The notes under the pieces: generated by a model | What the model was told of the DNA's origin: nothing | The model's input: the letters and a program-made list of their open reading frames with translations, nothing else | The model's database searches: none | Position numbers and translations under genes: made by a program | From: Vicugna vicugna | Lineage: Eukaryota | Reading direction: 5' to 3' | DNA length: 64,000 nt | Assembly: GCA_013265495.1 (NCBI GenBank) | Contig: MU057560.1 | Coordinates: 124,001-188,000 of the forward strand | In this document: one piece after another, positions 24,425 to 36,967 of the stretch | Layout of the letters: each line of letters opens with the position of its first letter | Numbering within the stretch: position 1 is the first letter of the stretch

Positions 24425-25140
24425 AACAAATGTACAGTACTGTGCATACATCAAGATGAAGCTTGATGGATTTTCATGACGTGAACAATACCCAGATTGA
24501 GAAATAGAAAATTAAGAGAACCCCAGATCCCTATCTGGGCTGCCTCCTAGTCACTTCTCACTCCTCCCTAAAGACAACCACAATCTTGATCTTTATCAAC
24601 ATAGATTAGTTTTACCTATTTTTGAACTTTATGTAGAAGGAACGATGTAATATGTACATATTTGTGTCTGCTTACATTTACTTAACATTCTATTTCCTAA
24701 TGCCATCCATGCTGCTGAATATGGCAGTTATTCATTATTTAATGGCTAGAGAAGTTTGTTAAAGTCTCCAGTTAGGACCATGGGTTTGTTATTATTTCTC
24801 TTTAATTCTATTAACAGTTGCTTTATGTATTTTGAAGCTGGGTTATTAAGTGCATACATGCTTAGTACTATTGTGTCTTCTTACTAATTTGACTCTATTG
24901 TTAATTGAAAATGTTCTCCTTCCTTTTTAGTAGTATTTCTTGCCATAAAGTCTACATTGTCTTAAATTCGGGGACATGTACTACCTTTCTTTTGGTTATC
25001 TTTTTTCCTTTCTTTAGTTTTTATATTTCTCTTCACTTATATTTAAATGAATATCTTTTAAGCTATATATATTTTTGAAAATTCAATATTAATTGGCATA
25101 GTTTTTCTTTTATTAAACTTCATTAATTTTTTTGTTTGCT
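24425..25140 (-). mobile_element. Old L1 fragments: 3'UTR (about 24425-24750) joined to an EN-domain region (about 24755-25140)
   Basis: 'atagattagttttacctatttttgaactttatgtagaagg' is an antisense L1M 3' end. 'gttaaagtctcc' is antisense GDFN, and 'ttattaagtgcataca' is antisense YAxNN. Confidence 0.75.
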
Positions 25141-26129
25141 TAACTTTCATCATTTTTTCTCTTTTGGGGTATGAACTAAATGGGCATTAAGCTCAGCGAC
25201 ATGAACTAGATGCTGCTCCATTGAAATTTTTATGTAACAATTAACTACTTTATGTGACATCAAAAATATGGCAAACAAATATAATGATGTTTTCATTTTT
25301 ACAAAGAGGTAGATACTACCACCAACACACAAGTATTATATACTGCTGTGCTTACCAAATAAAAGAATGAATTTAATGTAAAGTATGTGATAAATACCAG
25401 GTTATTATTATACTAATTTGGTATACATTTACCACAATTTCTATTAAATTTGCTTAATTACATTTTCTTTACATAGCATATCAATGATGAATGGCATTGA
25501 CAGATTCTTCATTACAAAACACAAGTTGATGTCACTACCCTTGATGAGGGGGGAACATTTGGGTGCAGAATTTACACACTGTGAGAACAAAGCAATCTTT
25601 ATCAGGATGTGAAGTGATAAAGCTGTTATGCTCCTAACTGTGAAGAAATGGGAAATTAGTCTCATAAGAGCTTTCTATCTACTGGTAGAAAAGTTGGAAA
25701 TATATTTACTTGGTGTCTTAAATTAAATACAATCCTATATGGTTTTTAACCAGTACCCTTTGAGTTGTCATCCAAGGACATACAAAAGGATCAAAATCAA
25801 GAAAGTTATGAATTGACCAAAACAATGGATAAACCAAGTTACAGTTAAACTGGACTAGGTATTAGGACCCATACTTAAAACAAAGACAACCAGTTACAGA
25901 AGTACTGGTAAGAGGGGAGAGCTGGCTTAGCATCAGACATTTGAACATGTTTTATGAGTTTTATATGAGCTCATAAAACTGAAGTAAAGATGTTTAAACA
26001 GCCCAATGTGGTTTCCAAATAAATCAACGTGACGTGAGGTTGAGTCACTCTAAGCACAGTGTGGGGAGAGAGGTGAGTACAGGCTGCCGGGTGATCAGAA
26101 GTTAGATTCCCTGTACAGGTTGCCACTCT

Positions 26130-26230
26130 GTGCCTGTCGGTTGTTCACAGAAGGATGGCCAGCATGGAGAAAGAATTAAAGCCATTCCATATAAGAAACG
26201 GGGAAAGATATTTCTCCCCTTTATCTTGGA
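26130..26230 (+). mobile_element. CR1/L3 LINE fragment
   Basis: 'gttcacagaaggatggccagcatggagaaagaattaaagccattccatataagaaacggggaaaga' resembles the L3 ORF2 C-terminal region (VQRRATRMVKGLE..SYEERL). Confidence 0.6.
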
Positions 26231-26439
26231 GATTCAGGGGCAAAAGCTGAAGCAGTGCACGTCATAGAAGAATAATGGCTTTCTTGGATCAACTGGATGG
26301 GATGGGAACAAAAAAGCTTGGACTTCGATGATTTCTTAACTTGTTTTTAAGTTGATAGTAAGAACCAACAGCTAAAAACATGTGTGAATGTTAATTACCA
26401 TTAAGACTTTGTCTAAGTAGCTACCTAACACCTGGAAAA

Positions 26440-26640
26440 CAGCGTGAAAACACAGTTACAGAGGTATGGGTTTGCATCCAGGTCTTACCCTTAAACTGCT
26501 TTGTCACTTTCTGATTTATCCTCTCTCAATCTCAGGCTCCTAATTTGAAAAAAATAAGGACAGTATTCCTTACATGGAAGGTTTTTGTAAGAATTAAATG
26601 ACCTAAATTAAGTGTAATGGGGATAACATTTCTGTAAAAT
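26440..26640 (+). mobile_element. MIR SINE
   Basis: 'tgggtttgcatccaggtctt...ctctctcaatctcaggctcctaatttgaaaaa...gtaagaattaaatga'. Confidence 0.75.
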
Positions 26641-28479
26641 TGCCTTATCTATGAGGCTGGAGTGGGTAAGGAGGACATCAACGCTAAACAGTAGTGGACA
26701 CTAGTTACAGGTAATGAAAACCATTTTACTGTCTACTGTAATAAGAGTCCAGCGTAAGCTGAGCTCATCTTTGGTCTGTGCGGAAGTGACTGGGTGTTTT
26801 ACAGGGAGAATGAAGGATTAGGGAGGGGGAGGAGTGAAGACTGAGCAGTCAGGGAAGTGGAAATCAACAAATAGCAGGAAGGGGTGTTGGTCCAGGAAGC
26901 CCATCTGGGTTTGCCAACTAACATATGGAAAGTGGGCTTCTGCCTCCACAAAACAGTCAATTCTTTTGGAAGCCCCAAGGTCTCCCGGGCAGGAGCGCAC
27001 GGGGCTGGGGGATCGCTGAGCTCAGGCTGGGGACACGGTCTCGAGCTGTTAGAAATGTGCCAGGTCTCTCAGTTTGGGTGGGAGGCAGAGACAAAGTTAC
27101 TTGTGCTGAGACTGCATTCCTGACAGGGCAAGATCGAGGCCCATTGAGAAGAGGGTTCAGAGGGGCCTGCGTTTGATCAAGAAGAGCAAGCATAGACGGC
27201 AGAAGGCTCCAACAGGGGGTCACATCAGAACAAGTGTGGCCGAGCCATGAGGATATCAGAAAGAGACTCCTGGTCTTAGTTCCAGAGGAGAGTCATCGGG
27301 ACCCAGAAGTCCAGTTCACCTGATGCAGGAGGTGGGGACCTGTGAGGCAGGTGGGTGGGGCACTGGCCACACCATGCATCCTGTTGAAGGAAGGTGGGAG
27401 GCAACCATGGCGACGCCTGGGGTGGGGCTTCCTGTCTGAGAGACAGTTAGAAAATACAAGAGGGACTCTGCAAACAGCCTTATGGAGCCACCGTTAAGGG
27501 TGAGTAGGCGGAACACACAAGAGACAACCTGGCTGGCAACTCCATTAGCACGGACACAGCTGTGCCTTCCAGCTGCACCTCAAGTGGCCACAAACGTGGG
27601 CGCACCAAGGACCAGCCCTGAAACTCCACGTCATCTGATCCCTTTTCCCATTTACTCAGGTGGCAGCTTAGGAAGAAAGCTTGGCGGGAGAGGAGAGGAG
27701 GTGGAGCCCAGAGACTGAGCATTACCTGTAGCACTGCTTAAGTTATCACACTGGCTTAAGTTTCAAACACACACACACCCACACACACATGCAGACACAC
27801 ATGCAGGCACACATATACACGTCTGTCCAGGGTGTGGGGACTCGAGGGGAAGTCAGCCATGGGTAGTAGGATTACCTGGATGTCTCCTCTATTCTGGTTC
27901 TGTCTTGACTGTGCCCTCAGGGAGAGTCTACCGAGCATTAGAAGGGCTGCCTCATGACACCGCTGACAGCAAATTGATGTCAAATAACTTCTTTTTATTT
28001 GGGCTTCAGTTCGCTTATCTCTGAAATGATAATATAGAGTAAAATCATTTTTGAGAGGCTTTCGATTCTAGTATCCCGTGTTTATAATCCTTGCATTCAT
28101 GCAAAGGACAGGAAGGATGATGTATGAGGAAGCCACAGATAAATGAGAGAATGTAGGAACCAGGTCAGGAGAGACAGGACATGGGCGAGGAGAGCAGAGT
28201 CAGGAGAAGAAGTTGGAGGCTGAGGGGACTTTGTTGGCTGATGGATGTAGCCCATCCCGTCCTGGCCACAGGCTCTAGCAGCAGACTTTTATAAACTGCT
28301 GGGAGATGTTCTTAAATCCTTCTCACCAGCCCCCTTCCAGGAGGTGAGATTAGAAGCGCAGCATCCATACTTTCTGCTGTAAACCCCCTCCTGTAAGTCA
28401 CGCGGCTGGGCTGGATTTCAGATGAGCCCTCAACACAACAGTGACACAATTAGCTTTGACCGGGCATTTTCACTTTAAG

Positions 28480-28837
28480 TTTCTTAGTTAAGGCTGCTAT
28501 AGCAAAGTACCAGACGCTGGGTGACTTATAAACATCAAAAATTGGTTTCTCACAGTTCTGGAGACTGGAAGTCCGTGTTTGGGGCACCAGCATGGTTGGG
28601 TTCTAATGAGATCCTTCTGGGTTGCAGACAACCTCCTTCTGGCTGTGTCCTCACGTGGCAGAAAGAGGGCGGGGAGCTCTGGAAGGGCTCCCTTATGAGG
28701 GCGCTCCTCCCGTTCCTGAGGGCCCCGCCCTCATGCCCTCATCACCTCCCAAAGCCCCCACCTCCTAACACCATCACCTCGGGGGTCAGTTTTCAACACA
28801 TGGATTTGGGAAGGACGCAAACATTTAGTTGACAGCA
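28480..28837 (-). mobile_element. MLT1A-type MaLR solo LTR
   Basis: 'ggctgctatagcaaagtaccagacgctgggtgacttataaaca...tttctcacagttctggagactggaagtcc...cacctcccaaagcccccacctcctaacaccatcac...aaacatttagttgacagca'. Confidence 0.92.
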
Positions 28838-29975
28838 GAGGGAAAGTAGGAAGAAAGAATAACAACAACAAAGCAACAGCAGCAGCAAGAGAACAGATGT
28901 AGAGAAACAGACGAGGAGGCGGCGCCCTGAAACAGGGGACCCGGTGCTCCCTTCCCGGGCAGAACGGAGTCTCCAGTCTCCACGAGCCCTGACAGCACGG
29001 CTGCAGACGCTTCTCTCTGCTTCCCCACCTTCATGTGTCCTCATTTTCACACAAACAGCAGGAGCCTAATTAAGGAAAGCATTGGTGAATATGGACTTCA
29101 GATCATAAATTGGATATAAAGTTGAATTAAATCAGAAACTGAATTTTGAGAAGAATAAATGTTCCCCAACCTCACACATTTCCTGATGAACCATAGGCTT
29201 TGGAATTACATTCGTTTGGAGTTGTGTTTCTTCTCTTCTACTCTTTTTTGGTGACATAGTTCTTGGAACAACCTTTTTGAGACTCAGTTTCTTAATTTGA
29301 AAGAGAAAACCTCAGTGTGATTTAGCACAGAAAACCCAGCAAAAAAACCACTTGATGGCGCAACGGGAGGGCAGCGCAGGCCCTCCCCTGGCTTCCCTGC
29401 CCCGCCCTCGGGTGGTGGTGGGCGGGCATCCTTCCACAACCTGGGAGACAGGACGAGGCGGGCGTGGTGCTGAGAGGGAGTCCTTGAGGAAAATAGCAGA
29501 CGACCTTCCCTCGGGAGATGGGGAGGGGGGGATTTACCTCCGTGTCTCAATGTTCTTCCACCTCATTTCCTGGCTCAGGCTCACAAAGGCAATGCCTGTC
29601 TTGGAGGTATCAGCCCTGCAGGGTTCCCAGGTCATCTCCGTCTGGGTGACTCTTGCCTCACTCCAAGGCTGCTGTCATGTCTTCCCCCTCCAGGCATTTC
29701 CACCATCCCCACCCTAGACCCGACTTCCTCTCCTGGGACAGCGTTTTTGAAACCACCTCTTGCTGGCCTGTAGACCAGTTTATCCTCCCTGCAGTCATAG
29801 TTTGCAAGTGCCATCTTCTCTGGACTCCTCTTCCCTCGCCCGTGTCAGGTGCGAGCAGTGACAGCCCTTCCCCATCAGCGCCTCATCCCCTCTGAGTTCC
29901 TCTGCCTCAAACCGAGTCCTTCAAACCAGAGCCTCTTCATCTCCACCTTTGTCTCTAGATGCCATTAACACCCCT

Positions 29976-30202
29976 CATGGGCTGGCAAATGTTTTCTGGG
30001 AAGAGCCTGATTAAGAATAAAGATTTTCAGTGTTTTGAGCCTTGCGGTCTCCGTTGCAATTCCTCAGTTCCGCCATCTTAGTGTGAAATCATCCACAGAT
30101 GATCGAGAATCGAATGGGTTTTCTGGGATCCAATAAAACGGCATTTGCAAAAACAGGCAGTAGGGAAGATGTGGCCGTCAGCCTGTGGCTTGCCAACATT
30201 TG
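29976..30202 (+). mobile_element. MER58A (hAT-Charlie MITE)
   Basis: Termini 'catgggctggcaaa' and 'cttgccaacatttg', with internal 'tccaataaaacggcatttgcaaaaacaggc'. Confidence 0.85.
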
Positions 30203-30404
30203 TGATGGTTAAATCCTCCGGGGCGGTTGCTCCCGGCTTCTCCCTCATTTCCACAGGAGACACACACCTGAGCGCATAAATGCTCCCACCGCTGACTCTT
30301 TAAAGACCTCTCTCCCGTGCGGACGCTGCTGCCCCTGCCTGGGGACAAACCCGCTACCTGGGGCCGAGGTCTGTCTTTCCTGCCTTGACGTAAGTGCCAA
30401 TCAG

Positions 30405-30930
30405 AAAGCAGCTGAGTGATTAAGAATCTAGACTCTGGAACAAACTATCTGGATCTGATTCCTGTCTCTGCCACTTACCAGCTCTCTGACCTCAGTTTCC
30501 TCATCTGTGGGATGGGGGCGGAGTCCCCCGGCAGACTCAAGGCTGAGGCCTCTGCTGGGATGCTGGCTCAGCGGGGAGGGTGTCAGCTCGCTCTTCCTCC
30601 AGGAAGCGGGTCTCGGCTTGTGCACATGATCGTGGAATGGTCCAACAGCGAGAAGGGAGAGCCTCTAACCTGCAGCAGCCCTCAAGCTTCCACTTAGGCG
30701 TCATTGGCTGTTGTCCTGTTGACTAAAGCCAACTTGGAGTCAGTGCCAGGGAGCAATTACAGCAGGTGTGTCTGCAGGGAGGAGATTATGTGACCATATT
30801 GCAAACATTTACCAAAGGGACAATGACAGCTGACTAACAGGGTTATTTGAGGATTACCTGAATTAACATGCATCAGGCATTGAAGCAGTGCCTTGAATAC
30901 AACGAGTACTAACTAAGGGCTTGTCATCGC
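30405..30930 (+). mobile_element. MIR split into about 30405-30512 and about 30815-30930 by an LTR insertion
   Basis: The 5' half ends 'cctcagtttcctcatctgt'. The 3' half resumes 'acagggttatttgaggattacctgaattaacatgcat...gcagtgccttg'. Confidence 0.8.
30513..30814 (-). mobile_element. Old MLT1 LTR fragment nested in MIR
   Basis: 'ctcggcttgtgcacatg...gtcctgttgactaaagccaac...attgcaaacatttacca' resembles antisense old MLT1. Confidence 0.6.
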
Positions 30931-31079
30931 TGTTAACTCCTGGGGTCCCTCTCAGTGCCAAGATCTGTGACACTGAAGGTTTTATCCAGAAATCTCATGC
31001 TTTATTTTATTTCGGCTGTGCCACAAACTTCGGGCATGCAGATAACTTGTCCCATTGGCTCTAGCTCCTTTCCAGTTTG

Positions 31080-31790
31080 TGGGTATTTATTTTTAGTTTC
31101 ACAAGCAATATATAAATGCATGGTTATTATGAATACAACAAAAATAAAAGAATATAGAGTAAAAAGTATATTACCCATACCTGTAATATCACCCTCTCCT
31201 CAAACGCATTTCCCATCCCCATTAAAAGTTCATTATTTAACCTTCCTTAAAGTTATACATGCATGTGTCATATAATACAATACATACAAAATATTTCATA
31301 AGTGCAAACTATGTATACAAATAAAGATATGCCTTTCACATATATAAAAGCTGTGTGTGTCTCTATATTACATGATTTGTAATTGCGTTGTATAGCTTGC
31401 TTACACAAAAGGGCCATGCTCTGGTTTGTACCCTGGGAATTGCTTTCTTCAGTTAATATGTGTTGGATAAATTTACCAGCAGATATGAGCTGTATAATAT
31501 ATTTTAAGCCCCATGTTGTTTCCTAATATGACGACACTTTACTTTCTTTAAGCATTCCATATTAAGAAGTATCAGGTTATTTCTATCTTTTCTCAGGTCT
31601 AAGCGGTGCTCCACACATCTTCGCCCATGTCGTCAGTGTGTATATAGACATGTTTATAGGAGGTGACTTACTGATTGAAGTTGTGCATGTCTTGCATTTT
31701 AAGAGAATCAGTCAAGTTTTGCTTCTCAAAGGCTGTGTCAGCCGTTCATTAAGGGACTCATGTGGAAGGCTTGGAGTACATAATTTTAAA
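31080..31790 (-). mobile_element. Old L1 (L1ME-like) 3' fragment
   Basis: Degraded antisense L1M 3' motifs ('ttgctttcttcagttaatatgtgttgga...caggttatttcta...aagttttgcttctcaaaggctgt'). Confidence 0.55.
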
Positions 31791-33619
31791 ATTATCTTCC
31801 AATCTTATAACTCCTTGGTTCTGATCGAGACCATGGCACCAGAAATGTTATGACATGAATGAATGCCCTGTACTTACCATCTCCGAGTTCAGCCATAATT
31901 GAAGGCCAAATTCAGACAACTTAGTGAGTCTCCAGGCACCAATAGTTAAGAGCTAATTTACTCTATGCTTTAAAGTTTTAACTTAAAAAAAAGAAAATCT
32001 TCATATTCTGGATTAAATGGGCAATGGCGTCCCCTATCTGCAGGAGCCCCAAGCGTGTCATCGGCATCCCGTTGGCTGATGTGGGTCGCGGTGTGTGTGT
32101 CACTCAGGCACTGTGCACACACACACACTCTTGTGACCGAGTGCCAGCAGAGGAAGCCTGCCTGACCTGCTCCACCAGGTTCCTCGTGGGAGCTTCAGCG
32201 GGCGGTCTTGAGGGCCAGAGTCATCCAGGGAAGTTTTAATAAGGCAGCATGTGCTAAAGCATGACTGACAGAAATAGTAAGTTAACATCTATGGGAGAAA
32301 CCTCTGGCTTGGAGCTGCAGTAGGCAGACAGCCAACAGAAATTGTTTTGTGGATGAAATATTTCCTAAAAATAGCTCTCCCAGCTCAGCCTAATGCAATT
32401 AAAGTTAGTGATGTACATAATAAGAAAACTGGGAGCTCTTCCTGCTAATAACCACTGTGGAACCAAGGCAATCCATTCCATTAATTTAATATACACTTTC
32501 ATAGTCCCTTGGTAATAGAAGTATAATTAAAATGATATGCTTTGATAGGCTTTTCTTTCCAAAATGAAATTTTGCAAGTTCAGGTTTCAAAATGCATATA
32601 TATACTTTTCCAGTAATCATCACTCATTGTACATTAATTCTGGGTTCTCCTTCTTCCATGCCCCTCGCAACACATTTCCTTGAAGTTGAACCTCCTGACA
32701 GTGGTACTGACAGATTTCCTGGTGCAGGAAGCTGGTTGAGGAAGAGCTAGGAAGATCATGAGAATTAACTGCTGGAAGCAGGTAACGAGGATTTGGGGTT
32801 AAATTTGGGCTTATTTAAGATTTTTCCTAATAACATACAAAAAAGTTCAATTAAACTCGTCCATTTAAGGAACACAAGATTTAAAAATCCAAAGGACTGA
32901 AAACAATACAGTGACACTCTAAAAATGGGACTCCCATTTTTATGAACAATCGGATAACCTACCCTCTCCTATAATTTTTTGCCCATATGATTTCAAGACA
33001 CTTGTTCAAATTGATGCCATATGGATTATTTTAATAATTTTTAATAATTTAATAAATAAAAATAATTTAATAAATAAAATAACTCTGTTCTGTTTGGAAT
33101 TCATTGGGAAATAAATTGTCTTATTATTTATTTAACTCTACTTCAAGGTACATGAAGTTATTCTTTCTACACCCTCAATTAAGCATGAATGTTTATGCAT
33201 CTGAATCAACTCAAAAAGAAGTTCAAAAGTTATGTCCCACTGAAAAATTGTAATAAAAAGGAATTTTCAAAGGGAAGGAATATTGACATGTGGGCAAGTC
33301 TGAACTAAGACGTAAAGTGTGGTGAGGACTGAGGATGCTGATACAGAAGGCCGCTGGGCTGTTCATCTGCGGCAACGCTGACAATGATGCTGGTGGGGTG
33401 TGCACCATTGACTACTGCCTGTGTCACACCCCATGCGCAAGCCATCAGCAGAGCCTGCCACTCTGTTTACCCCCAAAATAGTGGAGATTCTGACCCCATC
33501 TCAACCCCTAAGCTGCTAAATCATCCGAGCAACCATTGGCTTCTCTCTCAACTATTAGAATAATCTCTTCCTCTCTTGTTTCCCTGTAGAAGATTGTAGC
33601 TCAAGGAAAACATCAGCTG

Positions 33620-34115
33620 CGGATCGTTCATTCTCAAAAACACCACAGGAACTTCCCTTCTCACCCAGATCAAATGCCTTCAAGCCCTACGTGGCCACTG
33701 TCTCTCCTTCGCCCTCCGCCAACCCCATCCTTCACTCCCTGCCCCTGCTCTGCTCGCACAGACCCACCTGTGTTGGTTTCCTTTTAACTGTTCAAGAAAC
33801 GCTTTCCTGCAGACATCTCAATGCCCTGTTCCCTCAAATTATTTGCCTCTGCTCAAATTTTGCTTCATGATAAATGCCAACACAGTGTCCCCTAAAAAAA
33901 GGAACTCCATTCCATCAAACTCCATTTCTTTTATTGTGTCTCTATTTTTTAAATAACCCTTAGCACACCTGACTTATTCTGTATATCTATGTCTTACCTG
34001 TCTCTCCTCATTCAAATCTATGTTCCTTGAAAAAAGGGATATTTTTTCCTGTCATATTCCTAGTACCTAGAATAATGCCTTGCACACAGTAGCCATTAAA
34101 CAAATACTGGTTGTA
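33620..34115 (+). mobile_element. LINE-2 (L2a-like) 3' end
   Basis: Ends with 'tattcctagtacctagaataatgccttgcacacagtagccattaaacaaatactggttg'. Confidence 0.85.
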
Positions 34116-35373
34116 AACTTTAATTTTTCTCTTTTCATAATGTGATTTCTAAAAACTCATGAAGCCATATCCCATAACGAGAAGCTCGATCCAGGTGATA
34201 ACACAAGTTTTGAGATTCATTATCTCCACAATGTCATGGCTCCATCATCATCTGGCTTGAGGATGGAAGATCATTTACATGTCTGACATTCTATATGTTT
34301 TCTTCATCAAAAATATAAAATAGAAGTTGCTGAGTATACCTACCAAATTCACTATGAAATGACACATCATGGCCACAATCTTCAAACATATCCAGTAGAC
34401 TTGCTTTTTCACACTCAGTTTGAAAGATGATTAATACCTGTTGACATAAAATTAGCCTTGTGCTGATTATATCTTCACTTGATTACTGATCTTAAATTAG
34501 CCTGGGGCTCTTTTCTGATTGGGAATTTGGAACAGCTTTCTCCACGTAGAAGTATATTTTCTCTTGATGGAAAACAATTCCAGTCTTTTGAATTAAATTG
34601 TGAAATACTATTTATAGTATTAGAAATTTAATTATGTATTTCTGCCGTATGCTGGATGTCTTATCTTTAGACATACAGCATATCTTAAGAATAACCATAG
34701 TGACAACGGAACGTGAAAAATTATACTCTGGAGACATTTTGAAGGACTAAGCCTTTATGAATCAATTCATATGTAAACTCAACAGCCTGCACCTGTTGCC
34801 TAAAATTCTCACTTTCGGTGTACTTGCTTCATCTCACCAACTTGATTATAAGTTCCTCGATCATTGGAACCACTTCATACCTCTCATTTTGGACTGAATG
34901 AAATCACAGTTGACAGTACTGAGAACCTCTGTTCTTTCTAAAGAGTCTCTGGTATGTTTAAAACCTCAAAGATTTGAGTTTCTCCATTTTGCTTATGCTC
35001 GCACTGCTTTTTTTTGGGTGGATTTCAACATTTTGTTCAGCGGTATTATTTCTGCTTCAAATGTTCTCCAAGCAGGTCTATAAATGAGTGGAGGTCTCCG
35101 GTGCTTGAAGTCTCTCACTCACACATCCAGACTTTCTTAGGGAAACTGCTGTAAAGATCCAAGCTCTTCAGAAAGGTGTGCACAGAGGTGGGAAACGATG
35201 AGCTTATGTCCCTTACGTTTCTCTGTATCAGGGAGCGGACACATTTCTTTCAGATGTTAGTGCAGGAGTTCTGTAACTACGAAGCGTGGAAACAAAAATG
35301 TGCAGTAAGGAAGGGTGTGTCTGAAATAAAGAAGAAACATCAGGTGACAAATTGACATTACTGCAAATGTGCT

Positions 35374-35460
35374 CTTGTTAGCCATGTAAGTGTCAAATTA
35401 TATATAAACTTATATATACACTTGTTAGTAATATACAGTGTCAAATTATATATAAACTTA
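35374..35460. repeat. Tandem duplication of about 47-48 bp
   Basis: The exact 24-mer agtgtcaaattatatataaactta occurs at 35389-35412 and 35437-35460, each preceded by cttgttag. Confidence 0.9.
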
Positions 35461-35479
35461 ACGTCATACAAAAGCTTTA

Positions 35480-35620
35480 TTGTTCCACTCTACCCTACAA
35501 AGTCGATATCACTTCTATTTTACAGATGAGAAAACTGAGGTCAACTTTGTGTACGTCAATGGTCTCCTAGTCAGATTTCATGATTGTTAAGTCTAGAGCT
35601 CTGTCCCCTACACCAGACCT
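35480..35620 (-). mobile_element. MIR SINE
   Basis: 'attttacagatgagaaaactgagg' is the canonical antisense MIR core. Confidence 0.8.
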
Positions 35621-36622
35621 ATTTCCACACTTCAGGGCCCCACACAGGATGTGACAAACACTCTGGCTGGTGTCTCCTCTTTGCCTTCATTGGAGTTTTT
35701 GCTGGTGGGATGGCACACGCTCCACCGGTCCCGCTGCGTCGTTTACAGTCAATTTGTTTTTCTTCTTTCTCAGCACATCTTTATGCATCACTAATCACTG
35801 GATTTAACACTTCTCAGAAAAGGGGAGATAACATCCGCAGAAGGTTAAGAAGCCTAAGGAAAAAAGCTTAGTGATGCTAACAGAATAAATGAGTGATTTG
35901 GGTCTGAAGGTGCAAATGCCAACTACTGACAAGACTGACTTACAGGTGAAACAAGTCACAGACAGTGAACCAAAACATGTGCCTGCTGGCATTTCATCAG
36001 AAGCGCTCGACTGCAGCTCTCTGGAAACATTTTGCTGACAGTCCCCCATAGCATCAGCTGTGTGCCTGTCACATTCAGTGGGAATACGCTTGATGGAAAG
36101 AGGCCAGCAGACTCAGTTAGGGGGTGCGCTGTTTCTTTAATGGCAAAGGATGTGGAAAGCTCAGAATATGACTGCAGAGTCAGGAGGTGAGACCGCATCC
36201 TCCAAGGCAGAGCTGGCTCCCAAGCGTTCTCCGAGGCTGCTGAGAAAATGAAGTACCAAGGATGCATCTGCCTACGTGGGGTGAGCATTTTGCCAGGGAA
36301 AATGATTTTCATCATTCTGTAGGCAAACTCGCCTTCTCTTGACCGTCCTGGGGCCTCAGCCTGCTCTGAGGAGCTGCGTGTAATTCATGTGGAACCAACT
36401 CAGCGAAATCACGAGTGACTGCGTCCTGCAACGTGAGGGGGATTGGAGGGCAGCTCCTGGGGAGCGCTCCCCAGGAAGCCCAGACGTTGGCTCTGTCTGA
36501 GGGCCACTTTGGAAGCAACACAAGGAATGATTTAAAGTGACTAACCGCACAGACAGAATCAATGTGCATCTCAACTTATTGCTATGATTGTGCGTTCAGA
36601 GGTTTGAATTCTAGCTGGTCTC

Positions 36623-36967
36623 TGCTATAGGCTGAATGCTTGTGTCCTTCCAACATTCACAGGATGGAAACCTGACTCCCGATGTGATCGGCTTTTGGGA
36701 GACAATCAGGTCATGAGGGTAGAGCCCTGACGATGGGGTCAGTGTCTTTAAAAACGAGACCTCGCAGAACTCCCTGCCCCAGTGTGAGGACACAGTGGGA
36801 AGATGGGCAGCTTCGAACCAGGAAGCAGGGTCTCACCAGACCCCGGGCCTGCCAGTACCGTGATCTTAGACTTCCAAGCCTCCAGAACTATGAGAAATAA
36901 ATTTATTTGGTTTATAAATTACCCAGTCTATAGTGTTGTGTTACAACAGCCTGAAAAGACTTGGACA
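36623..36967 (+). mobile_element. MLT1A-type MaLR solo LTR, full length
   Basis: Starts 'tgctataggctgaatgcttgtgtcc', contains 'gacttccaagcctccagaactatgagaaataaattt', and ends 'cagcctgaaaagacttggaca'. Confidence 0.93.
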
